Part shown: in pieces, positions 15,556 through 29,717 of the stretch | Layout of the letters: each line of letters opens with the position of its first letter | Numbering within the stretch: the first letter of the stretch is position 1 | Assembly (NCBI GenBank): GCA_964016885.1 | Contig: OZ024746.1 | Span: 28,706,001 to 28,770,000, forward strand | Reading direction: 5' to 3' | Length of the DNA: 64,000 nt | DNA from: Eledone cirrhosa | Lineage: Eukaryota | The notes under the pieces: generated by a model | What the model saw: only the letters and a program-made list of their open reading frames with translations | Told to the model about the DNA's origin: nothing | Databases searched by the model: none | Made by a program: the position numbers and the translations under genes

Positions 15556-16008
15556 GATTACTTTTGCAAAATAAATTACTCATAGCTACAGCAACCCCCC
15601 GACCAGCTTGACCTGGCTGTTCATGAAATTAACGTGCAAGTGGCTGAGTATTGTACTGATACGTATACATTTAATGTAGTTCCTGGTGAGTGTCAGGCTT
15701 TTAACAGATTGGTCATTTGAATTACTAGCACAAATTATGTTAGCCCTACTGTGAAGACTGGAGCAACGTGAAATAAACTATTTTACTCAAGGACACAACT
15801 CACCGCATGAATTCGAATTGTATGGTCGTAAGACGCAACTTCTACTGAACGACGAACCCCTAGTTTAACTGAAGTGTCCTTTCTTTATTTAATGCTTGTG
15901 TTGCTATATCTGCCAATAGGCTCCAATTAATCTTAATAATAATAAAATTAATGTGGAAGAATTACATTTTTTCATAAATGAGTTGATATTTGCAACATTA
16001 TTTACAAA

Positions 16009-16190
16009 GTGGACTGGCAGTATCGGTAGAGGGTCGGACGCCATGCTTTGACGCATAGAGTTACGGCCCTTGCCATTCTGAGTTCAAATCCCGCCGAGGT
16101 TAACTTTGCCTTTCATCCTGACGTGGTCGATAAAATAAAGTACCAGTAATACACTGGGTGTTTGCTGGCCTTGTGGCAAAAGTAGAAACA
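16009..16190 (+). mobile_element. SINE S1, 12-bp TSD
   Basis: ATTATTTACAAA at 15997-16008 and 16191-16202; A and B boxes present. Confidence 0.9.
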
Positions 16191-16484
16191 ATTATTTACA
16201 AAATGCTTTTATATAAGATTATGATGGAAAGGTTTAGTCCGTTAAGTAACATTTTAAAAGAGGCAGATTTATAATGTAGAAGCAACGGTGATGTGAGGCA
16301 GGTCCGTATTGGAGGAATCAATGCTGCATCTAGCAGATCGAATAACTACAAAAAGATCGTTTGAGCGTCGGATTAAAAAGGTATCCGGATCACCGTGATA
16401 TGCGTTCAACTCCCACCAAGGTCAAATTTGCTATCTCACCCTCTGAAGGCCAATAAATAAAATAGCAGTTCATTACCGAGTTAG

Positions 16485-16540
<56 letters not shown>

Positions 16541-16882
16541 CCTCTCTTTCGCTCTCTCCAGAAGAAAATATGTGTATGTGTGTGTGTGTGACGGATCTAG
16601 AAAGTGATAGCCTTTCTCCGGTTTAAAGTCCCCAATGTAGCAGGAAGCCACTTCTAAGGCTTCTTCAAGGGTTTATGGCATTTTTTCTCCGAGTAATAAT
16701 ATGGAGGAAGGCCCAATCTTTCTCCCAGTAATAATGTAGAGGCAGCTCACGATCTTCTCGTTATGCAGCATCTAATTGAAGCGTTTAAGATATTCAAATA
16801 AACACTTATATATAACATATATTTTTATCCAAATAGCTTTACTTTGTTAATGCTCATTCATTTAGACGTCAGTTCCTATTAT

Positions 16883-16995
16883 TCAGGGGTGGGGGATCAG
16901 GGGGTTGCTATGGATCCCCCAATATTTTATGTTTTTCTCCCCAAACTACCAAAATGCACATCTATTTGTATATGCGCTACAATTTATGTAATGTA
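16883..16995. repeat. Dispersed repeat terminus (probable MITE end)
   Basis: TTTTCTCCCCAAAC...CATCTATTTG.ATATGCGCTACAATTTATGTA recurs inverted at ~57590-57710 and ~58615-58720. Confidence 0.55.
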
Positions 16996-17193
16996 CAGAC
17001 AGATGGGAGAGATAGATATAGATATAGAGTCGGGGGAAGGCAACTTGCAAAGCTGGGGATAGTCGGCAGGTATAGGGCAAACACCTATTTTTCGCTGTGG
17101 GTGCAGTAAAGTTTTAACTTTCGGAAAATTAGCTATTGCTAAGGGCCACCGTATGTGGTTGACAGCTGAGAGAAATGGGTACTCGGTATTGAG

Positions 17194-17242
<49 letters not shown>

Positions 17243-17256
17243 GTATATGTGTATAT

Positions 17257-17352
<96 letters not shown>

Positions 17353-17898
17353 TATATTTACACATTATATATACTCATTATATATACATATATATACGAA
17401 TATATATGATATGTATATATATATACTCTCCTTACTATCCTTGCTTTCATATTTCTCCTTGCTCCTCTTTTCTCATTGTATTTGTACATAATCAAGTACA
17501 TAGACACAAGGAGAAAGGGAGAGCAAGGATAACATGAGAGCAAATAGAGCAAGGATGAGAGGAGAACAAGGAGACCAGGGAGAAAATGGGAGCAAGGAGA
17601 GCAATGTGAAAAGGAGAGCAAGTAAAGCAATGAGAATAGGAGAGTAAATAGAGAAAGGAGAGCAATGATAAAAGGAGAGGAAGGAGAGCAACGAGAGCAA
17701 TGAGAAAAGGTGAGCAGGGAGAGCAATAAGAAAAGGGGAGCAAGGAGAGCAGGGATAAAAGGATAGCAAGGAGAGCAACAGGAAATGGACAGCAATGAGA
17801 GCAAGGAGAGATTAAAGCAAATATTGCTCAAGTTATGCTGGAAACAAACAAAGGTGAACAAATCAACTGCACCAAAATGACTTTTCTTTACAAACATC

Positions 17899-18201
17899 TT
17901 GTTTTCATCTTTTGTAACTCCTGGTAAAAAAACTTTCTTCCCAAGATTTTCTATCAACACCGATTTCCTCGACAAAGACCTTTCAGCATGGAAGGATGAT
18001 CCTGGTTACAAAAGTGGGCTTGAAAAACTTGAGAAGATAGTTATTTTGAATGATGTTGCAGAAAGAAGTGTCAAACTCTTTCAGGAATACAATAACATTC
18101 TCACAAAAGATGAAACTGAGAAACAATTTGTTTTACAGATCATTACCAAAAACTGTAAAACATACCCAACTGATACTAAATCCTCTCTTATGCAAAAATA
18201 A
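17899..18201 (+). pseudogene. C-terminal remnant of a DNA transposase (hAT/hATm-like)
   Basis: IVILNDVAERSVKLFQEYNNILTKDETEKQFVLQII matches the 'ND.AER.VKL...N..LTKDE..Q..LQ' C-terminal motif I recall from invertebrate transposases; no upstream catalytic region; superfamily assignment tentative. Confidence 0.6.
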
Positions 18202-18390
18202 TTGTTTCTACTTCTGTCACAAGGCCAACAATTAACCCCAATGCATTACTGGTACTTTATTTTATCGACCCCATAAGGATGAAAGCAAAGTTAAGTTCGG
18301 TGGGATTTGAACTCAGAAAGCAAAGGACCATAACTCTATGCTGCAAAGCATGTTGTCTGACGCTCTACCGATACTGCCCATCCACCACCC
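18200..18390 (-). mobile_element. SINE S1, full length, diverged
   Basis: Same head, core and tail as the other copies. Confidence 0.8.
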
Positions 18391-19505
18391 TTGTGGAGAA
18401 CAAGGAGAACAAGTATAACAGGAGAGCTAGGAGAGCTAGGAGAGCAATGAGAAAAGGAGAGCAAGGAGAGCAAAGAGAGCAGGATAACAGGAGAACAAGG
18501 AGAGTAATGAGAAAAGGAGAGCAATGTGAAAAGGAGAGCAAGGAAAGCAATGAGAAAAGGAGAGGAAGGAGCGCAATGAGAGCAAGGAGAGCAATGAGAA
18601 AAGGAGAGCAAAGAGAGTAAGGAGAGCAATGAGAAAAGGAGAGCAAGGAGAGCATGGAGAGCAATGAGAAAGGGAGAGCACGGAAAGCAAGCATAAAAGG
18701 GGAGGAGCAATGAGAGCAATGAGATAAGGAGAGCAAGGAGAACAATGTGAAAAGGAGAGCAAGGAAAGCAATGAGAAAAGGAGAGCAAGGAGAGCAAAGA
18801 GAGCAGGATAACAGGAGAACAAGGGGAGTAATGAGAAAAGGAGAGCAATGTGAAAAGGAGAGCAAGGAAAGCAATGAGAAAAGGAGAGTAAATAGAGAAA
18901 GGAATGCAAAGATAAAAGGAGAGCAAGGAGCGCAATGAGAGCAAGGAGAGCAATGAGAAAAGGAGAGCAAAGAGAGTAAGGAGAGCAATGAGAAAAGGAG
19001 AGCAAGGAGAGCATGGAGAGCAATGAGAAAGGGAGAGCACGGAAAGCAAGCATAAAAGGGGGAGAGCAATGAGATAAGGAGAGCAAGGAGAACAATGTGA
19101 ACAGGAGAGCAAGGAAAGCAATGAGAAAAGGAGAGTAAATAGAGAAAGGAGAGCAAGGATAAAAGGAGAGCAAGGATTGCAATGAGAAAAGGAGAGTAAG
19201 GAAAGCAAGGAGAGCAAGGATAAAAGCATAAAAGGATAGCAAGGAGAGCAATGAGAACTAATCACTACAACTAGATTGAAAAAAAATGACCCCACCAATT
19301 CAGAAATGCTGTTATTAACTAAAAAAACAGATATTTATTCTTATATAAATGTATTGCAAGCGACATGGTCTTACTCACAAATCTCCTTACAGGTTAAACT
19401 GTTAATTTCTTCTTTTGAAGACACGTGGCTTAGGGGTTAGGGCGTTATGCTCATATTATCTCATGATAGATCTATCTGTTAAATAGTTTTTGTGAAGACG
19501 CGAAG

Positions 19506-19808
19506 ACACATAGCTTAGTGGTTAGGTCGTTATGCTCTCGCTTATATTGTTGTTAGATCGATTGCCACGGTGCATTGTGTTTTTGAGCAAGACACTTTAC
19601 TTCACATTGCTCCAGTTCATCCATCTCCGAAAGATAAGTTGTACCAGTAATTCAAATGGCCACTTTTGGAACACATTGTATCCTACTGAATTTCCTTTAG
19701 AATTGCATTAAAGTTGCGGATATGGGTGTAATGCTGAGCCACTTCTATGTCAGCTGTTCTGTTGATCACACTATGGGAACACTCATCGTAGATACCGACG
19801 GAGTTCCA
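19506..19808 (+). mobile_element. Older tRNA-derived SINE (family S2)
   Basis: Head TAGCTTAGTGGTTAG, internal TTGAGCAAGACACTT, end CCGACGGAGTTCCA; decayed relatives at ~15600-15840(-), 32030-32370(-), 34620-34968(+), 53648-53860(-), 61655-61945(+), 63480-63760(-). Confidence 0.65.
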
Positions 19809-19839
19809 ATATTAGCAATTCAAACAGAGGCTAAGCACA

Positions 19840-20226
19840 GGCAACAACAACAACATCAATAACAACACTAACAACAACAGCAATAAAATCAACGATAACA
19901 ACAACATCAGTAACATCTACAATAACAACAGCAATAACTACAACAACAGCAGCAGAAGTAGCGACAGCACCAATAACAATAACAACAACAGCAGTAACAT
20001 CAACAATAACAACAGCAATAACTACAACAACAGCAGAAGCAGCAACAACGACAACAATAAAAACAACAGCAGTAACATCAACAATAACAACAGCAATAAC
20101 TACAACAACAGCAGAAGCAGCAACAACGACAACAATAAAAACAACAGCAGTATCATCAACAATAACAACAGCAACAACGACAACAATAACAACAACAGCA
20201 GTAACATCTACAATAACAACAACAAT
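19840..20226. repeat. (CAA/CAG/TAA)n cryptic trinucleotide repeat with ~72-bp internal duplications
   Basis: Direct reading. Confidence 0.9.
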
Positions 20227-20795
20227 AAGCCGTAGGTATTATAATAGCCATACAGTATAGAATCTGTTCATGTTTCACAAAGAATTTGTAACACATGAAT
20301 TCGTTACAAAAACCGACGGAAATAGAAATGAAAAGACTAAATAAATAATAAGAATATATTAAACAAACAAACAAACAACAACAACTTGGGAAATGAAGGA
20401 AGAGATATATAATCAAATAAAAACGAGTTTTCCAACATTCTTCTGGAAGAACCGAATACAATGAAATGATCCACATAAATTTAAGAGATTGTCGTTAAAT
20501 CCGATGAGTGGAAAATTTCTGAGCAACGTAATATTTCAATTGAAACTTTCTGGAAGTTTTCCAGTGACATAGAGCCACCATTTTGAATAAAATTTACTTA
20601 GCCCGAATTTCAAGTAAGTTGCGGCGGTTGTGTAGAGTAGAGACGGGGTTGGACCGTCAGATGTACTTAGTAGCCTCCCTTATGTGAGTTAATTCAACTG
20701 TGTGATCTTATTATCTTTACTGTCGTTCATAAAACATTTCACTTAGAACACACTACAAGATTGTTCATCCGTAAAAAAGGTGTGTATATATGTAT

Positions 20796-20829
<34 letters not shown>

Positions 20830-20874
20830 CTATACACAGATAATTGTTTATGTGTATGCAGTATATATACAAAT

Positions 20875-20906
<32 letters not shown>

Positions 20907-20972
20907 CGTGTGTGTATTTGTCCATGTGCATCAAGGTCTGCGTGTGTAAATATAGAGACGTCCCAAACACAC

Positions 20973-21038
<66 letters not shown>

Positions 21039-21039
21039 A

Positions 21040-21078
<39 letters not shown>

Positions 21079-21332
21079 TATAGGCGTACTTGGTGAACGT
21101 GTGCATTCAATATGTTTTACCCGGGATTGTATATATGGCTATGACAATGCTAATTATGGTTACATGTATATATCCATAATATAATTATGTGTATAGGCAT
21201 GAACACATACAAATATGTGTGTGTGTGTGTGCGCGCATGTTTATATATATATATATACACATGAGATTAACACTGACATGCACACATAATTAAAAAAACT
21301 CAGTTACATAAACAAAAATACGCACAACACAA

Positions 21333-21382
<50 letters not shown>

Positions 21383-23420
21383 ACACACACACACGCACAC
21401 ATAAATACAATACACAGAAACAGTTATATTCAAATTTTCCATTTCATTTTAATCATATTCCTCTGTGAATGAGTTTAGGTTCGTTTAGATCAATAAAGTT
21501 TTTTAATTCCTTATCAATGTTTCTAGACCTTTCTTAATCTCAGCTTCATGATGAAGAGATACTAGGTTCTATTGTTGTCTCATATTATTAGGCAGTGCTG
21601 GAAGCCATAGTAGAGTAAAATTCCATTGCAAGCATTCAGAACAGGTCATTGTTTCTTTGTCTCTCATTCTTGGAAGCTCTAGAATAATATTTAGGCCATT
21701 CCCCTTACAGATCTCATTATACCTGGCGTAACGTTAACAAAGTAAAATTGTATTGCAAAAATCGCACCAAGTTCTCTGTTCTTTTCTGTCGTGGATGAAT
21801 AATCTCTAATCACCCCCACAAAAACATAACAGGCGTTGCTCTTTCTTGTCTCTTACGAACTTGGGTGTTATTATTTGAATAAAACTCTATTGCAAACATT
21901 TGGATGAAGCTATCTGTCTTGCTTTTTCCTTCTCTATCACTCTCAGACGTTTCCTTTACTGCTCTCATTAAACTTTGGACGCCGTTAGCAGAGTAAAAAT
22001 CAGTTGCAGGTTTTTTGGTGAGGTTTTATGTTCCTTACTCTCATTTACCACCAATCTTTGCAGCCCTATAAAATGATCACGGCCATTGTGCTTCCTGTTC
22101 TTGCGGCCCTCACTAAACATTGAGTGTCGTTATCACAATAAGCTTCTGTTCCAAGCATTCGGAACTTATATTTTCTCCGTTTCTGTCATTCACTTGTAAT
22201 TTCATAATCCCAATAAACGGATCACGAGTGCTGTTTCCATTAATGGTTTCACTAAATAAGACTTCAATGCTTCTCCGTCATTTATAAATCGATTCATTTT
22301 ATAAGCGCCAGAAAAAATCACGGTCTCTTTGCCGTTGCTGCTTCCACTAAACCATAAATAATAAAACTTAAGAATTCCTGTTCGTTTCACCTAGAAATAT
22401 TGGTGTGTCATTGACCGCTGGGTCAGTTAAGGACGCCAGAATTCTAATTCGAATTTTAAACAATGATAAAATCATTTTCACGAAGGTATTAGTAAGTGTG
22501 TGGAGTGGGGGTAGAAATATGTTTAACGATAAAAGAGAGAATCAAAGTGAAATATTTCCGGTTGGTGGCCACAAGCAGCAGATGTAATGTTCAGTCATGC
22601 GCATTGGTGGAACTACTACGACATGACAGAAGTTTTACTGAGTGAACTCGAAACAGGTCTAGTGTTAGGTTCATCTGGAAGAAATACCTAGAAATGATTT
22701 GCCTGCAGCAGCTTCAATAACTACACAGTATAGCCTCATACACATACACACATGTAGACATATAGAGATACTCACACACACACATATATACAGTCACACA
22801 CACACACACACATTCTCAACCTCTCAAATACACAGTCAGTCACATGCATATACAGACACACGCACTCTCACTCACATATACATACACACAAACTCTCTCT
22901 CTCTGCCCCTCCCACACACACACACATATACACGCACATATACACTCAAATACATACTGACTGTCTCTCACACATATATACAAACAAACGTACACACACA
23001 CTTTCACACGCATATACAGACACACAGGCACACATACTCTTCCGCACTTATAGAGACACACACATATGCAGACATACATACACACACTCTCACACACATA
23101 TACAGAATCTCTCATACACATATATACAGACAGACACACATTCAGATTCTTACGCACAGACTCTTACATTCAGATTCTTACACACAGATTCTTACATACA
23201 GACACACAAATACACTCTTATACATACAGACAGGCCCACTTACTCTCTCACACACTCAAAGAAACAGCCATACAGACTCTACACACATACTCACACGCAT
23301 ACACACACACACACATTTAATTACACAGACAGGCACCATCTCATACACATTCACAAACACACTTGTACACACACATTCGCAAAAATATACACATTTAAAA
23401 GAGAGAGAGAAAGAGAGCGG

Positions 23421-23476
<56 letters not shown>

Positions 23477-23727
23477 GAGTGAGTGAGTGAGAGAGTGAGT
23501 GAGAGAGGAAGAGATAATCACATTCCCGTACAGACACATATACACACAGTCACATACACAAGCACACACATATTTATACACATAGTCACAAACACACACA
23601 CACACACACGCACACACACATACAGACATAAGAGTCATAGTTACACATAGACACAACAACAGAACTAAATAAAAGTAAAAACTGCAACAAAAAATTATCA
23701 TTAAATTTTATAAAATTATGTTTTTGG

Positions 23728-23757
23728 CAGCAATATATAGAAACACCCCACAGTCAG

Positions 23758-23813
<56 letters not shown>

Positions 23814-23840
23814 CAATATATAGAAACACCCCACAGTCAG

Positions 23841-23876
<36 letters not shown>

Positions 23877-23921
23877 ACACACACACACACACAGCAATAT
23901 ATAGAAACACCCCACAGTCAG

Positions 23922-23987
<66 letters not shown>

Positions 23988-24075
23988 CAATATATAGAAA
24001 CACCCCACAATCAGATACACACACACACACACACACACAACAATATATAGAAACACCCAACAGTCAGATACAGAC
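23728..24075. repeat. Compound tandem repeat: GCAATATATAGAAACACCCCACAGTCAGAT followed by variable (AC)n, about 5 units
   Basis: Direct reading; a further decayed unit at ~24213. Confidence 0.9.
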
Positions 24076-24286
24076 AGACACACACACACACACACACAAT
24101 CATAGAGGCATACGTAGAGATACATACTTACACACAGACTGCCACAGATACACACATACACTTAGACATACATAGACAGCATACACAGATACACACACAC
24201 ACACACACACACAGCAATATATAGAAACAACCAATCGATGGATACACAGAGACAGACAGACAAACAGGCAGACAGACACACACACT

Positions 24287-24319
<33 letters not shown>

Positions 24320-25159
24320 ACACACACACACATATACATACTTACACAGACAGACAGGTACAGATACATACCCAGGCACACATACGTAGGCATACATGGA
24401 TATACACAGACAGACACACTTATGCATACATAAACACACACAGACAGACGCACATATACACACACATGCAGATATACACACTGACAGACATATACAGGGA
24501 ACCATATAAACAATGACACAAAGATAAGAACACATACACACAAACACGCACACAAACCGACAAACACAGTGAGAGAAAGACACACACATACATATATATA
24601 TAGAGAGAGAGAGACACATGTACCGACATACATACAGACACAAACATGGATACATACACACAGACAGTAACGACACACGCATAGACAGATACACATATAT
24701 ACACTCAGACAGACACACATACTCACACGCAGACAGACACATACACAGAGATGGACACACGTACAGACCCACGGAGACATATACATACACATAGGCAGGT
24801 ATACATAAATATACACAGTCGCACACACATAAATACACACATAGACAGGCACATACACAGGCAGACGCACACAGACACAAATATAATCTTATCCCAAAAC
24901 ACACATAGACAAATAGAAACATACATATACACACATATAAACAGTAACAAACACACAAGCATCTACAGATAGGCACACATATACATACAAAAGGCAATAC
25001 CATGAGGTATTTTCGTTGGACGCTCCACTGGTTCTAGCAAATAACGCCCATATTGAATAAACAAAACAAGGAGTTCAGTAGAAACATGTACTTCGCTATA
25101 ATGATTGTATGTATGTATGTATGTATGTATGTATGTATGTATGTATGTATGTATGTATC

Positions 25160-25870
25160 TGGGAGAGATGAGCCCTTAGCCTTTGTCAAGACGGAATTCT
25201 AGGAGAAGGAAAACTCTGATATAACACCTGCAACCCTGATGGTATCCAATGATGTTGACTTGTTCTTCTTTTTGGTAAATATCATCTTGGTTAAGAGAGT
25301 GGGACTGGCTTTGTGCAGTGCTTTGCTCACTATAAAAGCTTCACGGCACAGGCATTGATTTATATCTGGAGATCTCTCTGCACTTTTCGTCACATGGTAC
25401 CATGGGCCCAGCACTATGTGTCAATAATTGTCACAAGTGTAGTGTTTGTACCAGAGTTTTCAAGTCGCTGGCTGGACTAAAAAGTCACACTCGTTCAGCG
25501 CATCAGTAGGGGTTCTCCTACATGGATATAAAGTAGTGGCCGTACTCGAAAACGAGTTGGCAGCCACAATGTATGTATGTATGTATGTATGTATGAGAGT
25601 GGGACTGGCTTTGTGCACTGCCTTTGCTCACTATAAAAGCTTCACGGCACAGGCATTTCTTTATATCTGGAGATCTCTCTGCACTTGTCGTCACATGGTA
25701 CCATGAGCCTAGCACTATGTGTCAATAATTGTCACAAGTGTATTGTTTGTACCAGAGTTTTCAAGTCGCTGGCTGGACTAAAAAGTCACACTTGCTCAGC
25801 GCATCAGTAGGGGTTCTCCTACATGGATATAAAGTAGTGGCCGTACTCGAAAACGAGTTGGCAGCCACCA
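25160..25870 (+). mobile_element. Two tandem copies of a bipartite non-autonomous RTE-derived element with (ATGT)n tails
   Basis: RTE-type 5' motif CTAGGAGAAGGAAAACTCTGA joined to a 3' end encoding C2H2 finger HKCSVCTRVFKSLAGLKSHTRSAHQ*; second copy 5'-truncated at ~25595. Confidence 0.75.
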
Positions 25871-26219
25871 TGTATGTATATATGTAGGTAGGTAGGTAGG
25901 TAGGTAGGTATGCATGTAAGTATGACTGGATGTATGTATGTATATATGTATGTGTGTATGTATGTATATATAAGTATGCATGTATATATATATATGCATG
26001 TATGTAGGTATGTATGTATGTAAGTATGACTGTATGTATGTAGGTAGGTAGGTAGATATGCATGTATGTAAGTATGACTGGATGCATGTGTGTATGTATA
26101 TATGTATGTATGTATGTATGTATATATATATATATGCATGTATGTATGTATGTATGTATGTATGTATGTATGTATGTATGTATGTATGTATGTATGTATG
26201 TATATGTATGCATATATAT

Positions 26220-26607
26220 TTATTACGATCAGCAGCAATATTTTCCCATGTATCAGCAGAGATGTTAGCGTCTTTCAAAGCGGCTTTCAAGGATTCCTTA
26301 TACCTCTTTTTCGGTTTATGTGGCGGTCGTTTTCCTTTAACTAACTCTCCATAAAAGAGTTGTTTTGGTATTCTAGAATCCTTCATCCTGGCAAGGTGAC
26401 CACTCCAACGGAGTCGTTGCTTAAGCACAAGAGCTTCTATACTGTCACACATAGAGCTTTCCAAATTCTTGACATCACTGATGTGGTCCTCCAGTGAACG
26501 CCATTGATCCGTTTGAGACACATCTGATGGAAACGCTCCAATTGCTTAAGGTGGTGTCGATATGTGACCCAGGTCTCGCAGGCATAAAGAAGACAAGAGA
26601 GCACACA
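26220..26607 (-). pseudogene. RTE-clade LINE ORF fragment (post-RT region)
   Basis: LLYACETW...LERFHQMCLKRI (frameshift) QRLRWSGHLARMKDSRIPKQLFYGELVKGKRPPHKPKKRYKESLK...WENIAADR, typical RTE C-terminal motifs. Confidence 0.9.
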
Positions 26608-26980
26608 GGCAGAATTCTTGGAGAAGGAAAACTCTGATATAACACCTGCAACCCTGATGGTATCCAATGATGTTGACTTGTTCTTTTTGGTAAATAACAT
26701 CTTGGTTAAGTGAGTGGGACTGGCTTTGTGCAGTGCCTTTTCTCACTATAAAAGCTTCACGGCACAGGCATTGCTTTATATCTGGAGATCTCTCTGCACT
26801 TTTCGTCACATGGTACCATGGACCCATCACTATGTGTCAATAATTGTCACAAGTGTAGTGTTTGTACCAGAGTTTTCAAGTCGCTGGCTGGACAAAAAGT
26901 CACACTTGTTTAGCGCATCGGTAGGGGTTCTCCTACATATAAAGTAGTGGCCGTACTCGAAAACGAGTTGGCAGCCACCA
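26605..26980 (+). mobile_element. Bipartite RTE-derived element with (ATGT)n tail
   Basis: Homologous to 25190-25570. Confidence 0.75.
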
Positions 26981-27424
26981 TGTATGTATGTATGTATGTA
27001 TGTATGTATGTATGTATGTATGTATGTATGTATGTATGTATGTATGTATGAGGTAGGTGAGGTATGCATGTATGTAAGTAGGACTGTATGTATGTAGGTA
27101 GGTAGATATGCGTGTATGTTCTCGCTTTCTCTTAATTTCGAGTATATTTTTGACCAGCAATCTTCCTGGTGGAAAGGTTGTAAAAGAAAAGAATTGTCGG
27201 AAGAATGTTTTGCAAATTTTGAAGGTGCCAGCTATCGCAGCAATGTGTAGACTATGAATTAGGGAGCTGGATGTATGTGTGTATGTATATATATGCATAT
27301 GTATGTATGCATGCTTATACCAAATTATATCAAGCACCTGCACACAGATAAATACACACACACATACACAGACAGCCAGACATACAGACAGAGAGAGACA
27401 GACACACACGCACACACAAACCCC

Positions 27425-27501
<77 letters not shown>

Positions 27502-28249
27502 GTGTGTGTAAAATGAAGTAAAATGAAGAATTATCGTAGGTAAGCGCTGGACATATTAGGAAAAGAGTCTTTTACGTTTCGGACAATAGCTCTTCATTAA
27601 GAGATAGAATGAGAAATAAAAGATGAATTAGAAAGATAGACCGTGAGAAGAGGAAGTAACGGAAAAAATCAAGTGTGTTTTCAGTAAGCCATTTCAGACA
27701 AAAAGTATAAGTTTTTTCTCCGCAAATCCCCAGGGAACCCAGCTTCTACAAAATATCCCCTACAGGACGCTTTTCAATTAAGTTTATAACAATATTTATA
27801 TTATTCTTTTTCTCCTTGTGTTTATCTTCAAACAGATACAAGGTGTTCACATACATACATACAACAAGACAAAAGAAAAACCCTATATTGCAATTTTATC
27901 CCTTTTCATCTTCTTTCACCAAACCCAAACACTGACATTTTGTCACAATTGGACTCCAACTCAATGGCTACACAAAACACACAGATATCAAAAATGCCAT
28001 CTGGAATATTATTATGAATTGAAAGAGCATTTTCTATTTATAACTAAGTGAATTGAATTGAATTCTTGACCTGATGAACACCACTTCAACATCGCATCTT
28101 CATAAACAACATATATATAGAAGAAGAAATGTTGACAGAAAATATTCATATATTCAAACTGCTCACAGAATACATGAAAGAATATTTAATATTCATTATA
28201 TAAAATTTGAAAATATAGTCTTGAAATATACTTCTGAGGTTTTTCACCT

Positions 28250-28317
<68 letters not shown>

Positions 28318-28659
28318 AGGATGGATTCAGTTTGGTTAAAGCATTCCTCGCCAGAGTACTCGATACTTTGGGTAGTAGAGTATTGTTACATTATAAAGAG
28401 TCGTGACCCCGACAGCTGAGCTCTTGCTGTTTCAACAGCTAGTTCCAGATTAGGCATTGAATTAAAGATGGTCATGTGCCAATTTTCACAGTAAAAACAC
28501 GCTATTTGACTTTCAATTTACCTTCTTTGGTATTAGTTATTAGGTATTAATTATTGGTTATTGGTTATTAGTTAGTTCTTCAACTCTCTTTCGTTACACA
28601 TTCTGTGATCTCCTCGATGACTATTTGTTCTTGATGTCTGTGACTCCTCATCTTTCTGA

Positions 28660-28701
<42 letters not shown>

Positions 28702-28869
28702 GAAATGACAGGAGGCTGGATTTCATTATAATATTTAACTCCGTAATAACAGCACCAACTACAAAAACAAAGACGGTTGAACTGCTTTACGTTGAGTACT
28801 CTCTATATTATTACATTGCGATTGACCATACGGAATTGACCAGCTCTATCCAGTGGTGAACCTCAAACC

Positions 28870-28956
<87 letters not shown>

Positions 28957-28971
28957 ATATATATATGAAAG

Positions 28972-29027
<56 letters not shown>

Positions 29028-29077
29028 GAGAGAGAGAGATAGATATATATATATAGATATATATATATAGATATATC

Positions 29078-29236
29078 TAGGGCGAGTAAAATTCCCGAGA
29101 TCCATGGACGAGTTCTCTCCAGCGGTCTCTGTCCCTCATTATCGCTGCCATGTCCTGCGTCTCCAACAGACCAATGTCTGTCCTTAGGGCATCAACATAC
29201 GTTAACCTTGGTCTTCCTCTTCCAGTGTGTCCATGT
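29078..29236 (-). pseudogene. 3' terminus of a second RTE-like LINE
   Basis: HGHTGRGRPRLTYVDALRTDIGL...[11 protein letters not shown]...*; a more decayed relative at ~34395-34600(+). Confidence 0.75.
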
Positions 29237-29347
29237 AGTAATAATAATAAATTTGAAGACTAAAATCCAAAGAGGGCTCGATAAGGATAAATATATATCA
29301 AATATATAAGAACCGTAGAGCAAATATTTATTAAAATAACAGATTAA

Positions 29348-29398
29348 AGTTTAAGCAAAGAATCGCTGCTTTCACCCTTAACGGGATCTTCTGAAACT
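29348..29398 (-). ncRNA. Variant type I HHR candidate
   Basis: agttt-CAGAAGA-tccc gttaa gggt-GAAA-gca(gcgattctt)tgc-TT-aaact: three helices form, core has U4>A and a CUU triplet. Confidence 0.45.
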
Positions 29399-29542
29399 AA
29401 CAAAGTCAATCTGTGAACGCAGAAGTGAATATTTCAAAAATCGTTGCAAGCGGAGGAAGACAGGAAGATGATATGTTGGTTCGTAAAAACGTTCCCTGGC
29501 AAAGAACGGGAAAAAACGAATATAATACGTCATTATTTGGAG

Positions 29543-29717
29543 GGTGGTGGATTGGCAGTATCGGTAGAGGGTCGGACGCCATGATTTCCAGCATAGTTAC
29601 GTCCCTTTACGATCTGAGTTCAAATCCCGCCGAGGTTGACTTTACCTTTCATCCTTACGGGGTCGATAAAATAAAGTACCAGTAATGCACTGGGTAATTG
29701 TGCCTAAAGTAGAAACA
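29543..29717 (+). mobile_element. SINE S1 nested in the Penelope 3' region, 11-bp TSD
   Basis: ATTATTTGGAG at 29532-29542 and 29718-29728. Confidence 0.9.

Larger units (their letters stand above)
17500..19255. repeat. AGGAGAGCA-based purine-rich minisatellite (17500-17810 and 18395-19255) with ~325-360 bp higher-order repeats
   Basis: Direct reading; marker AGGATAACAGG at 18481 and 18805, GGAAAGCAAGCATAAAAGGGG at 18682 and 19041. Confidence 0.9.

Noticed and set aside
16009-16100. tRNA gene
   Set aside because: A and B boxes belong to a SINE head followed by core, tail and TSDs; no cloverleaf.
22635-22665. CTGAGTGAACTCGAAACAGGTC HHR-like string
   Set aside because: Core spacing is wrong, helices I and II too short, and no second copy in the window.
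23728-24075. Constant 30-nt repeat with variable spacers resembling a CRISPR array
   Set aside because: Spacers are only (AC)n of variable length, context is eukaryotic, and no cas genes are present.
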